Positions 31,541 through 41,734 of a stretch of 64,000 nucleotides of DNA are shown in pieces. Below the pieces are notes generated by a model. The model was not told where the DNA came from. It saw only the letters and a list, made by a program, of their open reading frames with translations, and made no database searches. Both the position numbers and the translations under genes were made by a program. Numbering within the stretch: position 1 is the stretch's first letter; each line of letters opens with the position of its first letter. The DNA comes from Candidatus Latescibacterota bacterium (GTDB taxonomy: Bacteria; Latescibacterota; UBA2968; GCA-2709665). The DNA is taken from positions 4,960,001 through 5,024,000 of the forward strand of contig OZ252100.1 of the NCBI GenBank assembly GCA_965248435.1, given 5' to 3'.

Positions 31541-32443
31541 CTACGTCGCACCGGTCCTCGCCTCCTTACCGGCAAGGTCCTCGATCACGGTGAGTAGACC
31601 GGAGTGATCCAGTTCGCCACGGCCCTGGGCGAGGGCGGTGTTGAACAGTTCGTGCACGACGCTTGTTACGGGCAGCGGCGTTTTAAAGTCGTTGCCCGTT
31701 TTCATGATGATGTTGAGGTCTTTGTAGTGGAGCCGGATTCGAAAGCCCGGATCGAAGTCGCCGTTGACCATGCGTTCGCCGCGGTTTTCCAGCACGCCGC
31801 ATCGGGCGAGGCCGCCGCTGAGGACCTGGACGATCTTGATCGGGTCGACGCCGGCCTTGGCGCCCAGGACGAGGGCTTCGCTGACGCCGGCGATCGTGAC
31901 GGCGACGAGGACCTGGTTGCAGGCCTTGACGGTCTGTCCTGCACCGAGCGGGCCGCAGAGGACGATGTTCTTGCCCATAACTTCGAAGATCGGTTTCGCG
32001 GTGTCGAAGGTGGCTTCCTCGCCCCCGACCATGATGGAGAGCGCGGCGTTCTTCGCGCCGACGTCGCCGCCGCTCACGGGGGCGTCCAGGCAGTTGACGC
32101 CCTTTTCGGCCATTGCCTCGCCGATGCCGGTCGTGACGCTCGGCGCGATCGTGCTCATGTCGATGTAGATGTCGCCGTCGCTGACGCCTTCGATGATGCC
32201 GTCCGCGCCGAGGGCGACGGTCTCTACGTCGGGAGAATCAGGGAGCATGGTGATGATGACGGTGCTCTTTCCGGCGACTTCCTTAGGGGAGAACGCTTCG
32301 GTCGCGCCCTGGCCGACGAGTTCGGCGACGGATTCGCGGCTGCGGTTGTGGACGACGACGTCGTAGCCGGCGGATAACAGGTGTCCGGACATCGGCTTTC
32401 CCATGATGCCGAGTCCAATGAAGCCTACATTTGGTTTCGCCAT
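31541..32443 (-). CDS. garR: 2-hydroxy-3-oxopropionate (tartronate semialdehyde) reductase
   Basis: GFIGLGIMGKPM, ITMLPDSPDV, LDAPVSGG, GAGQTVKACNQ, PGFRIRLHYKDL. Confidence 0.85.
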   Translation of the reverse strand: MAKPNVGFIGLGIMGKPMSGHLLSAGYDVVVHNRSRESVAELVGQGATEAFSPKEVAGKSTVIITMLPDSPDVETVALGADGIIEGVSDGDIYIDMSTIAPSVTTGIGEAMAEKGVNCLDAPVSGGDVGAKNAALSIMVGGEEATFDTAKPIFEVMGKNIVLCGPLGAGQTVKACNQVLVAVTIAGVSEALVLGAKAGVDPIKIVQVLSGGLARCGVLENRGERMVNGDFDPGFRIRLHYKDLNIIMKTGNDFKTPLPVTSVVHELFNTALAQGRGELDHSGLLTVIEDLAGKEARTGAT

Positions 32444-32479
32444 TTAAGTCTCCTTTTGAATTGACATGGAATCGAATCC

Positions 32480-33033
32480 CCACTGCCCCCTTTTTCAAAG
32501 GGGAAGGTGGTTCACGGAACGAACTCTTCCCCCTTTGGAAAAGGGGGATTGAGGGGGATTTGCCGATGACGACCTCTATGCATTCGTGTCCTCCGCCTTT
32601 CTTCCGTTTTTTTCCGTGATCCAGCCTTTCGCGAAATGCATGCCTCCGGCGGCCTACTTTTCTTGTCACGCCACAAGAAAAGTAGGCAAAAGAAGGGCGC
32701 CCCTCAAACGCCGGGGAGGCTCGGCCGCGGCACCTCACCTTCAGCGGAAAGGACGGTGGCGGCAATCAGGGCGGGACTCCTGCCCCGCCTGACGCCCACT
32801 ATGGGACTGGCCCAGAGGGCCTAACCGCGTGGGAGGTGAAAGAACGAGGTTGCATCGGAGTCGCACACCGCGGCCCTGATGACCTTTAGCGATCCATTTT
32901 GCGAGTTTGGACGGCGGGCCCTGACCCTGCCTCGCTTCGCTCGGCATCCCTCTCCCGTAAATGGGAGAGGGAAAAGGCATCGCTCTGACCTCCCCTCTCC
33001 CACGTGTGGGAGAGGGGCCGGGGGTGAGGGCCT
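32480..33033 (+). repeat. Mosaic repeat cluster (variant 2, G/C-run hairpins)
   Basis: Shared modules. Confidence 0.9.
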
Positions 33034-33058
33034 GAAGCGATATTCAATATCCAGTCAA

Positions 33059-33892
33059 TTACCCATCAATAAACAGTGGAGATGATGATCCAGGCAGGAT
33101 ATCCGCCTTCTGAGCCCGGGACATCAGATCCGCGATCGCGGCTTCGCCGTCAGGGCCATAGTCCTCCGTGTAGGCGTTGACGTAGAGTTCGATATACTCT
33201 CGCACGACCTGCTCGTCCATTTCCTGCGCGTGCTGCAGAATGTAATCCAGGACCGCGTCCGGGTTCGCCTTCGCGTAGGCGATGCTGTCTTTCAGGGCCT
33301 GGTCGGCTCGCTCGATCGCTTCCGGCCCCAGGCTTCTGCGCGCGAGGATGCCGCCCAGGGGGATCGGATGGCCCGTCGTCTGTTCCCACCACGCGCCCAG
33401 GTCGATGACCTGACGGAGTCCGTATTTCGGATAGGTGAAGCGGCCCTCGTGGATGATGACGCCGGCGTCGACGTCACCGCTGGAGACGGCCGACATGATT
33501 TTGTCGAACGGGAGGATCGTCAGGTCGCTCGACCCGGGCTGGAAGAGGCGGAGCAGGAGCGCGGCGGTGGTGAGCTTGCCGGGGATGGCGATGCGCTTCC
33601 CGTCCAGGTCGTCCGATCTCTGCCCTTCAGGCGCGACAACGAGCGGTCCGCAGCCCCGCCCGAGTGCCCCGCCCGCGTGGAGCAGGCAGTAGGTCTCCCT
33701 GAGATGGCCGAAGGCGTGGAAGGAGATTTTCGTCAGGTCCAGACGTCCTTCCATCGCCATGCCGTTCAGGGTCTCGATGTCCTCCAGGACCTCCTTGACC
33801 TGAGGCGCGCCGTCCAGTTTGCCGTGGACGAGCCCGTAGAAGATGAAGGTGTCGTTCGGGCAGGGGGAGTATCCGAGAGATAAGGATGACAT
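33059..33892 (-). CDS. mqnD: 1,4-dihydroxy-6-naphthoate synthase
   Basis: GYSPCPNDTFIF, GGALGRGCGP, IIHEGRFTY, PIPLGG, YIELYVN. Confidence 0.95.
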   Translation of the reverse strand: MSSLSLGYSPCPNDTFIFYGLVHGKLDGAPQVKEVLEDIETLNGMAMEGRLDLTKISFHAFGHLRETYCLLHAGGALGRGCGPLVVAPEGQRSDDLDGKRIAIPGKLTTAALLLRLFQPGSSDLTILPFDKIMSAVSSGDVDAGVIIHEGRFTYPKYGLRQVIDLGAWWEQTTGHPIPLGGILARRSLGPEAIERADQALKDSIAYAKANPDAVLDYILQHAQEMDEQVVREYIELYVNAYTEDYGPDGEAAIADLMSRAQKADILPGSSSPLFIDG

Positions 33893-33898
33893 GGCGAG

Positions 33899-34639
33899 CT
33901 AGAGATCGATCTGCTTGATGAGCGTAAGCGCGGCCTCCTGCGCTCGCTTCGCCGCGAGCGGCAGGTCCCAGGCCTCGCGATCCCGGTCTTCGACCGGGTT
34001 GCTGATGCCGCGAACCTCGAGGAAGGGCGTCTCGTAGCGCGCGCAGACGTGCGCGGCGGCGGCGCCCTCCATGTTTTCGCAGATGGCGCCGAAGCGTTCG
34101 GCGAGCTCGCGTCCCCTCAGCTCCGTACCCGTACACTGCTGGACCGTGACGAACGGCCCCTTGCAGAAAAATGGCGGGATGCCACGCCACGACCGGCCTC
34201 GAATCAGGGCTTCGGCACGCGCGACTCGAGCTGAGTCGAGCGGAAAGGTGTTGAAGTGGTCGCGATCATCCTCGAGCAGGGGGATGCCGATCGCCTCCGC
34301 CGACTCCCAGCCGTCCGCAGTTTCTATGCCGAGTTCCCCGTAGTTCTCCTCCGTCGCCACCGCGATATCCCCGATCAACAGGTTGGACCCCGGGTAGGCG
34401 CCCCCGACGCCGACCTGGAGGACGAGCACGTGCGGCGTGGTCTCCAGGGCCCCGGTCAAGACCTGCGCGGTGTTGACGAGACCGATGCCGGTCTCGACGA
34501 GCTTGACGTCCCGCCCGCCGATCCGTCCCGAGAGACAATCGCGACGCGCAACGGTCGAGGTTTCCTTCTTCTTGAGGGCATCCTTCAGGAGGTCGATTTC
34601 GAGCGGTGTGGCTGACAGGACGAGGATCGGTTCTGACAT
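33899..34639 (-). CDS. mqnB: Futalosine hydrolase
   Basis: Nucleosidase fold (TGIGLVN, ENMEGAA, RGISN.VEDRDR..WD); adjacent to mqnD. Confidence 0.9.
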   Translation of the reverse strand: MSEPILVLSATPLEIDLLKDALKKKETSTVARRDCLSGRIGGRDVKLVETGIGLVNTAQVLTGALETTPHVLVLQVGVGGAYPGSNLLIGDIAVATEENYGELGIETADGWESAEAIGIPLLEDDRDHFNTFPLDSARVARAEALIRGRSWRGIPPFFCKGPFVTVQQCTGTELRGRELAERFGAICENMEGAAAAHVCARYETPFLEVRGISNPVEDRDREAWDLPLAAKRAQEAALTLIKQIDL

Positions 34640-34642
34640 GGG

Positions 34643-35671
34643 CTACCAGGTCGGCGCGATCGCGATGTCGGATTCGCTGCCCAGTTTCTCGAGGCTGCGA
34701 AGGATCCCATCGGGCATCGGGATACCGTCGCGAATGTGCGTATCACGCTTGATCCACTCAGGCTCTCCGGGGAGATAGATCCGGTCCACGCCCTTCGCTC
34801 GCCTGGTGTTTCGGAGCACCTGGATCTTTTCGTCGACCTCGGCCTTGAATGTGTCCAGGTCAACGAAGGTGGCGATGTCCAGGGCGAGGAAGAAGAGGCC
34901 GCCGCGCTCCGGGTCCTGCTGGCCGGCGCTCGTGAGGATGGAGGCGATGCAGGTGGTGACGACGGCGAGGCCGGAGCCCTTCGCGCCCCCGAACGGGAGG
35001 ACAAAGGCGGCCTCGTTCGGGTCGTCGGTCTGCTCGCCGTCCTTCGTGAGGCCCCAGTCGCACGGGATCTTTTCGCCCTTCATCCGGGCGACGACGATCT
35101 TCTGGAAGGCGACGGCGCCGCAGGCCATGTCCAGGACGATCGGACGTTCCTTTCCGGCCGGGATAGCGTAGGCGAGGGGATTGTTTCCGAGCGTCGCCTC
35201 GGAGGCGCCGAAGACCGCCAGGTTGCCCTGCACGCGCCTGCTGCTGGTCGAGAATCCGATCATGTCGGCCTCTGCGGCCATCATGGCATAGTAGCCGGCC
35301 GCGCCGAAATGGTTGGCGTTCCGAATCAGCGCGATCCCCACGCCGGTCTGCCGGGCCTTTTCGATCGCCTGCTCCATCGCGAAGTGGGAGACGGCGTGGC
35401 CCAGTCCGTTGCCGGCGTCGAGGTGCAGGTAGGCGGGGCCTTCTTTGATCACGGTCCGGTTCGGCTTCGGATTGAGCTGCCCTTCCTTCATGCGTTCCCG
35501 GTAGCGCTCTAGCATGCGGATGCCGTGGGTCTGGACGCCGCGGAGGTCGGCCTCCACGAGGATCTGGGCGGTGAGGTCGGCGTCTTGGTCCGTGAATCCC
35601 CAGGCGCGGAGGAGGGCGGATCCAAAGGCGCGTAAATTGTCGGCTGATACATTGTTTGTATTGCTTGACAT
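34643..35671 (-). CDS. Ldh_2 family (malate/L-lactate/ureidoglycolate) oxidoreductase
   Basis: ADLRGVQTHG, NHFGAAGYY, GNNPLA, DMA, KGSGLA, LPGE. Confidence 0.9.
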   Translation of the reverse strand: MSSNTNNVSADNLRAFGSALLRAWGFTDQDADLTAQILVEADLRGVQTHGIRMLERYRERMKEGQLNPKPNRTVIKEGPAYLHLDAGNGLGHAVSHFAMEQAIEKARQTGVGIALIRNANHFGAAGYYAMMAAEADMIGFSTSSRRVQGNLAVFGASEATLGNNPLAYAIPAGKERPIVLDMACGAVAFQKIVVARMKGEKIPCDWGLTKDGEQTDDPNEAAFVLPFGGAKGSGLAVVTTCIASILTSAGQQDPERGGLFFLALDIATFVDLDTFKAEVDEKIQVLRNTRRAKGVDRIYLPGEPEWIKRDTHIRDGIPMPDGILRSLEKLGSESDIAIAPTW

Positions 35672-35689
35672 CTTGCTGTCCTAATCGCT

Positions 35690-36420
35690 AGGGGCCCTCA
35701 CCCTGCCTCGCTTCGCTCGGCATCCCTCTCCCATAAATGGGAGAGGGAAAAAACATCGTTTTGACCTCCCCTCTCCTGCTTGCGGGTGAGAGTAGATGCT
35801 GAGAGCAACGTCACCCAAGTCGTGAAACGGGGGAGCGGGGCCGGGGGTGAGGGCCCGAACGACGAACCTGTCGTGTCCTAAAGGACACGACGCACGATCC
35901 ACGAACGACGGCCTTAGCCTCCGGCGGGGGAGACGCCCCACCGGGGCGTCTCTACGCTCAGGCGCCTCCGTGATCCAGCTTTTCGCGAACTGCATGCCTC
36001 CGGCGGCCTACTTTTCTTGTCTCGCCACAAGAAAAGTAGGCAAAAGAAGGGCGCCGCTCAGTCGCCGCGGGGGCTTTGGCCGCGGCACCTCACCCTCAGT
36101 GGGACAAACGCACACGGCAGGAAGGCCAAATCCTCACCACGCGCTCACGATCTCTGAGGAACCAACCCGCCGGGAGGAGAAATGGGCTGGTTGCATCGGA
36201 GTCGCACACCGCGGCCCTGATGGGTTTGCGCGATCTCATTCGCGGGTTTTAATGAAGTAAGAGTCGACCTGGTCCCCTCCTAGGAGGGGTGCCCCGAAGG
36301 CCCCCTGCATGTTTTAAGCAGGGCGGGGTGGGTTATATCACGAACGCCAGGGTTTTGCGGTACCCGGTACCCGTGTTTTGGTTTCCCGGTACCCGTGTTT
36401 CGATTCCCCGGTACCCGGTT
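35690..36420 (+). repeat. Mosaic repeat cluster (variant 1, REP, CCCGGTA heptamers)
   Basis: Shared modules; CCCGGTA runs also at 42650-42745. Confidence 0.88.
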
Positions 36421-37374
36421 TCACACCTGCAGCGCCGCGATGGCGGCGACACCTACGATGTCATCCACCGAGGCGCCGCGAGAGAGGTCGTTGATCGGCT
36501 TGTTGAAGCCCTGCATGATCGGGCCGATGGCCTCTGCTCCAGCAAGGTACTGCGTCAGCTTGTAGGCGATGTTGCCCGAGTCGAGGTCGGGGAAGATGAG
36601 GACGTTCGCCTCTCCGCCGAGCGGAGAGTCCGGACACTTCGCTTCTGCGACGGCGGGGGAGAGGGCGGCGTCGACCTGCAGTTCGCCATCGACGATACAG
36701 TCGGGCAGTCTTTCGCTCGCAAGGCGGGCGGCTTCGCGGACCTTGTCGACCCGCTCGTGCACGGCGCTGCCGTGCGTGGAGAAGGAGAGCAGCGCGACTT
36801 TCGGTTGGATCTCGAGCAGGGTGCGAGCGTTTCGAGCTGTTGCCACGGCGATCTGGGACAGCTGTTCCGCGGAGGGATCGATCGCGACGGCTGCGTCGGC
36901 GTAAACGATGACGCGCTCCGGCGGGCCGGGAAGGACCATGATGAAGAAGCTGGAGGGCTGCGTGACGCCCGGTTCAAGCCCGATCGCGAGGACGCCCGCG
37001 GAGATGACCCCGGCGGTCGGTTTCGTGGCGCCGGCGATCACGGCGTCGGCGTCGCCCTCGGCGACCATCATCGCGCCGAAGAACAGCGGGCGGCGCACGA
37101 GCCGCTCCGCGACTCTTACCGTGACGTCTCTGCGCGCCGCGTAGGCCTCGCAGTAGCCCGCGAACGATGCGGCGTCAGCCGGATCGACGACCCCGATCCC
37201 CCCTGTTAAATTCTCGCGGGGGCAAGCTTCCGAGCCGATCAGGATCGGGTGGGCGATCCCCTCCGCTACGAGCCGGACGGCCGCCTTGACGACCCGTTCA
37301 TCCTCCGCTTCTGGGAACACGACGCGCTTCGAAGCCTGCTTCGCCCGCTCGACGAATCGATCGATCAATCCCAT
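36421..37374 (-). CDS. pta: Phosphate acetyltransferase
   Basis: [47 protein letters not shown]. Confidence 0.93.
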   Translation of the reverse strand: MGLIDRFVERAKQASKRVVFPEAEDERVVKAAVRLVAEGIAHPILIGSEACPRENLTGGIGVVDPADAASFAGYCEAYAARRDVTVRVAERLVRRPLFFGAMMVAEGDADAVIAGATKPTAGVISAGVLAIGLEPGVTQPSSFFIMVLPGPPERVIVYADAAVAIDPSAEQLSQIAVATARNARTLLEIQPKVALLSFSTHGSAVHERVDKVREAARLASERLPDCIVDGELQVDAALSPAVAEAKCPDSPLGGEANVLIFPDLDSGNIAYKLTQYLAGAEAIGPIMQGFNKPINDLSRGASVDDIVGVAAIAALQV

Positions 37375-37438
37375 TCCCGTACGGCAGAGAGCCGCACCGA
37401 TTCGGCGCGGCTCGTTCTACCTTTCCTCCCTCGCAGGC

Positions 37439-38830
37439 TCAGGTTGAGACGCGCCCTTCCTTACAGCGGGCGAACTGTTCGGGCAGATGGATCTTGACCT
37501 GTGCTTCCAGCTCCTCGTCGGTGATCGCGCTGAGACGACCGTCGACCTCGTACTGATCCATAACCCACCGCGCCACCTTGTGCACCTTGATCTTGCTGAG
37601 CCGCTCTTTTCCCTTGAGGCCCAGGAATTCGTTGACCCAGTGGGCGATGCCGTCCGTGCCCGATTTGTCGGTGATGGCGACGCGCGGTGGGCGGCCGAAC
37701 AGGGCGGTCGTGTCGAAGATGTTGTAGATCCGTTCGTCGGAGCGGAGTCCGCCGGCGTGTATCCCGGCCCGCGTGGTGTTGAAGTCGCGTCCGACGAAGG
37801 GGTAGTTGGTCGGGATGTCGACACCGATCGATCGCATGTAGTCGGCCATCTCCTGGATCATCTGCGTGTCGATCCCGCAGAGGTCGCCCTTCAGGCCGAT
37901 GTACTCGATCAGCGCGCCCTCGAGCGGCGGGTTGCCGGTCCGCTCGCCGAACCCGAACAGCGTCGTGTTGACGGCGTTGCAACCGTAGAGCCAGGCTGTG
38001 GATCCGTTGGCGTGGACCTTGTGGAAGTCGTTGTGACCGTGCCACTCCAGGCAGTCGTAAGGCACGCCCGCGTCGTGCGTCATGCGGTAGATGAGCTTGG
38101 GAATCGACCGCGGCAGGCAGGCGCCGGGGGTGGCGAGCGCGAAGCCCATGGTGTCGCAGAGACGGATTTTGGCGTGGAGCTCGGGTGGGACCTGTTCGGA
38201 CCGGCGCATGAGCTCGGTGACGAACGGGAGGACGAAACCCGGGATGTCGGCGCGGGTGACGTCCTCGAGGTGACATCGCGGCCGGATCCCGGCTTCCCAC
38301 GCAGCGTCGACGACTTCGAGGTAGTCGTCGAAGGCCTGCTTCCGGTCCTTCTTGAGCTTCATGAAGATGTGGTAGTCGGAGCTGGAAGTGAGCATCCCGG
38401 TCTCTTTGACGCCGGCTTCTTTGACGAGGCGGAAGTCGCCCTTGTCGGCGCGGATCCAGGAGGTGATCTGGGGGTAGGGATGGCCCAGGTCCTGACACTG
38501 TTCCAAAGCCCTTCGGTCGTTCTTGGTGTAGAGGAAGAACTCGACCTGGCGGAGGACGCCGTTGGGTCCGCCCAGCTTCGCCATCATGTCGAAGAGGGTG
38601 ACCTGCTGTTCGACGGTGTAGGGCGGGCGGGCCTGCTGGCCGTCGCGGAAGGTGGTGTCCGTGATGACGAGGTCACGAGCGACGGCTTCGCGGGGATCGA
38701 ATTTGACGAGCTCTCCGTCGATCTCTTCGTAGAGCGGTGCCTCGAACTCGATCTTTGGCGGCAGACTGTAGTCGAACTGGTCCTCGAGCAGGTTGGGCTG
38801 ATCGACTTCGACTAGTTTCCAATCCTTCAT
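37439..38830 (-). CDS. DRE-TIM metallolyase, Re-citrate synthase-like
   Basis: DTTFRDGQQ..PPYT, EFFLY, HLEDVTRAD, EWHGHNDF, GERTGN. Confidence 0.75.
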   Translation of the reverse strand: MKDWKLVEVDQPNLLEDQFDYSLPPKIEFEAPLYEEIDGELVKFDPREAVARDLVITDTTFRDGQQARPPYTVEQQVTLFDMMAKLGGPNGVLRQVEFFLYTKNDRRALEQCQDLGHPYPQITSWIRADKGDFRLVKEAGVKETGMLTSSSDYHIFMKLKKDRKQAFDDYLEVVDAAWEAGIRPRCHLEDVTRADIPGFVLPFVTELMRRSEQVPPELHAKIRLCDTMGFALATPGACLPRSIPKLIYRMTHDAGVPYDCLEWHGHNDFHKVHANGSTAWLYGCNAVNTTLFGFGERTGNPPLEGALIEYIGLKGDLCGIDTQMIQEMADYMRSIGVDIPTNYPFVGRDFNTTRAGIHAGGLRSDERIYNIFDTTALFGRPPRVAITDKSGTDGIAHWVNEFLGLKGKERLSKIKVHKVARWVMDQYEVDGRLSAITDEELEAQVKIHLPEQFARCKEGRVST

Positions 38831-38938
38831 GGTGCTACTCCGCTATACGAGAAATGAAGTGAGACACTTTGCACACCTCGATACGCCCGCTTCGCGGGCT
38901 ACTCGGTGCAGGCGGGCTGATGGTGACGCACATAGGAT

Positions 38939-39181
38939 TCAGTTGACGAATTTGGCGATGTAGTCGATGGCGCCGCTGACGGTCTGAACGGCCATGGCGT
39001 CGTCCTCATCCATTTCGATGTCGAAGGCGTCTTCGAACCCGGCCATGAGTTCGATGGATTGGACCGATTCGGCGCCGAGATCGGTGGTGAAGACGTGGCT
39101 GTCCTGGATCTGGCCCGGGTCGATTTTGAGGACCTGGGAAATTACCTCATAGACCTTGTTTTTGATTTCGTTTTGTTCCAT
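38939..39181 (-). CDS. acpP: Acyl carrier protein
   Basis: 80 aa acidic protein; DLGAESV (phosphopantetheine Ser), FEDAFDIE. Confidence 0.85.
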   Translation of the reverse strand: MEQNEIKNKVYEVISQVLKIDPGQIQDSHVFTTDLGAESVQSIELMAGFEDAFDIEMDEDDAMAVQTVSGAIDYIAKFVN

Positions 39182-39270
39182 GGGTGGCCCCTTTTATCGC
39201 GATCTGCGGTTTGGCGAGGGATCAATATAATGAAAAAGGGGGTGATGGAGGAAGTGATTTTCGAGCGCGA

Positions 39271-39855
39271 GGGCCCTCACCCTGCCTCGCCCCCGAAGGG
39301 GACTCGGCATCCCTCTCCCATAAATGGGAGAGGGAAATTTCTTGCTCTGTCCTCCCCTCTCCCACAGGTGGGAGAGGGGCCGGGGGTGAGGGCCGATCAC
39401 GATCGCCAGAAAACCTCGCCTCCGGCGGCCTACTTTTCTTGTCTCGCCACAAGAAAAGTAGGCAAAAGAAAGGCGCCGCTCAAACGCCGCGGGGGCTCCG
39501 GCCGCGGCACCTCACCCTCAGTGGCATAAACAGTCCACGGCAGGAAGGCCAAATCCTCACCACGCGCTCGCGATCACTGAGGAACCAACCCGCTGGGAGG
39601 AGAAATGGGCTGGTTGCATCGGAGTCGCACACCGCGGCCCCGACGGTTTTGAGCGATGACATTGCTTTCGTTCAAACACACGCATTAATGAAACTCTTCC
39701 CCCTTTGGAAAAGGGGGACTGAGGGGGATTTCAAGATGCATCACGCATCGGAGTCGCACACCGCGGCCCTAATGGTTTCAAGCGATCTTCAATCGGAAAA
39801 TATATGTGGTAGGAGCCAACTCCAGTTGGCGAACAAGAGAATCGCGATCCACCCT
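39271..39855 (+). repeat. Mosaic repeat cluster (variant 1, solo right end, REP)
   Basis: 39418-39770 parallels 17762-18127. Confidence 0.9.
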
Positions 39856-39857
39856 CG

Positions 39858-41405
39858 CTAACCCGATCGCCGTAGTACCTTGCCCGGGGTTCGGCCAGTC
39901 GGTTCACCATTTTCGATCACGAGCTCGCCGTTGACGAACACATAATCGATCCCAACGGGCGGGAGCATGGGCTCTTCAAATGTCGCGGGGCCGTCGATCG
40001 TATCGGGATCGAAGATGACGAGGTCCGCGGCCTTGCCTTTCGCGATTTCGCCGCGGTCGCCGAGGCGGAACCGCTTCGCGGTGAACCCGCTCATTCTGTG
40101 GATTGCCTCTTTGAGCGAGAGGAGCTTCTTTTCGCGAACGAACCGGGCCGGTACGCGGGCGAAGCAGCCGAACCCGCGCGGGTGTGGGTGGGGGATGTCG
40201 TAGACGCCGTCGCTGGCGATCATCATCCTGGGGTCGGTCGCGGTGCGCGTGATTCGCTTTTCTATGTCTTCTTCGGGGAACTGCCACGGGAAGATGTAGC
40301 ACTGCCGGCCCTCTTCCTCGACGACGAGGTCGTAGGCGAACGCCTCGGGTGTCTTGCCGGTCTGTTTCGCCGCCTCGGCCAGTCTGAGGCCGGTGTAGCG
40401 GCCCGATCGGGTGTGGCCGATGATCTGATTCGCCGCGCCGAGCTTTTCCCGCAGGACGGGGAGGGAGGTGTCGCGGACCGCGGGGTCCTTCAGCCGTTCG
40501 AGGACGGTCTCCGGGCTGCCGAGCTGAAACTCCATCGGGATCATCATCGTCATGTGGGTCATGCCTGCCGGGTAGAGGTAGGACTCGAAGGTGAGGTCGA
40601 TGTTATCGCGCTCGGCATGGTCGAGGACCTCGACGATCTCGTCGCTGACGGTGGCGTGAGAGACGTGGACCGGAATCCCCGATTGTCGCGAGAGCTCGAG
40701 CGTCTCCTCCCAGGCGCCCGTGACGCCCAGGATCTGGTAGCGGATGTGCGCGGTGTAGATGCCGCCGTAAGACTCCGTGATCTTACAGAGGGCGACGAGC
40801 TCGCGGAGGTCGGCGTTCGAGCTGGGCTGATAGTCCAGGCCGAGGCAGAGCGCGCCGGCGCCGGCCTCCATCCATTCCCTTGTGATTCTGGACATCGTTT
40901 CGAGCTCGGCGTCGGTTGCGGGGCGAGGGTCCCAGCCCATCGCGGCGAGGCGTACCGCGCAGTGGGGGACCTGGGGGTAGACGTTCGACGGTGTATTTCC
41001 GGGGAAGAGGGCGAGGTAATCCTCCGGGGTCGGCCAATTCAGGGCGAGGTCAATGTCGGGATAGATGAAGGCGGTGTAGTCCCACATCTCGCGGGCTCTT
41101 TCCTTCGTGAGACCGGCCCACCCGAAGCCGTCGGGCGCGAGGAGCTGGGTGGTGACGCCCTGCATGGGCCCGGCGAATCGGTCCCGCCCGCCGAGGAGGG
41201 AGATCTCCGAGTGGACGTGCACATCGATAAATCCAGGACAGACGGAGCGACCCGAAGCGTCGATTTCGCGGGCGGCTTCGGCCGCGCTCAAATCGTCGAC
41301 CGCGGCGATGCGGTCCCCGGTAATGCCCACGTCGGCGGAGAAGGGCTCCACGGCGCCGGTGCCGTCCACGACGAGGGCGTTGCGGATGAGGGTGTCGAAG
41401 GTCAC
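39858..41405 (-). CDS. N-acyl-D-amino-acid deacylase family amidohydrolase
   Basis: PGFIDVHVHS, QGVTT, HPRGFG.F.R, G..ADLVIFDP, GIDYVFVNG. Confidence 0.92.
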   Translation of the reverse strand: MTFDTLIRNALVVDGTGAVEPFSADVGITGDRIAAVDDLSAAEAAREIDASGRSVCPGFIDVHVHSEISLLGGRDRFAGPMQGVTTQLLAPDGFGWAGLTKERAREMWDYTAFIYPDIDLALNWPTPEDYLALFPGNTPSNVYPQVPHCAVRLAAMGWDPRPATDAELETMSRITREWMEAGAGALCLGLDYQPSSNADLRELVALCKITESYGGIYTAHIRYQILGVTGAWEETLELSRQSGIPVHVSHATVSDEIVEVLDHAERDNIDLTFESYLYPAGMTHMTMMIPMEFQLGSPETVLERLKDPAVRDTSLPVLREKLGAANQIIGHTRSGRYTGLRLAEAAKQTGKTPEAFAYDLVVEEEGRQCYIFPWQFPEEDIEKRITRTATDPRMMIASDGVYDIPHPHPRGFGCFARVPARFVREKKLLSLKEAIHRMSGFTAKRFRLGDRGEIAKGKAADLVIFDPDTIDGPATFEEPMLPPVGIDYVFVNGELVIENGEPTGRTPGKVLRRSG

Positions 41406-41734
41406 GGGAGCCTACTTTCTCAGTTCGCGCGAAATGGGTAGTGAGTTTACCCGTTTGGTGGATTAGGCGAAAGTGAATGGGGTTTCTGCCGGTTACTCCC
41501 CGCACGGAGCGTCAATATTTGCTTTAAGTATTGTAAACTTAATGAGTTAATTTTTCTTCAGTCAATGTAATTCTTTTGCGCCTTTGAGGAGGTTTACACG
41601 TAATTTTGGGTAATATGATTCCAAATTGACGCGCAAAATGGAATCAACACTTCCATTTTGCGGGGGAGTGCTGGGGAACAGATGTGCGACTTCACCCACA
41701 CCGACCTCTGGAGCTCTGGTCCTCGAATGCGCGA

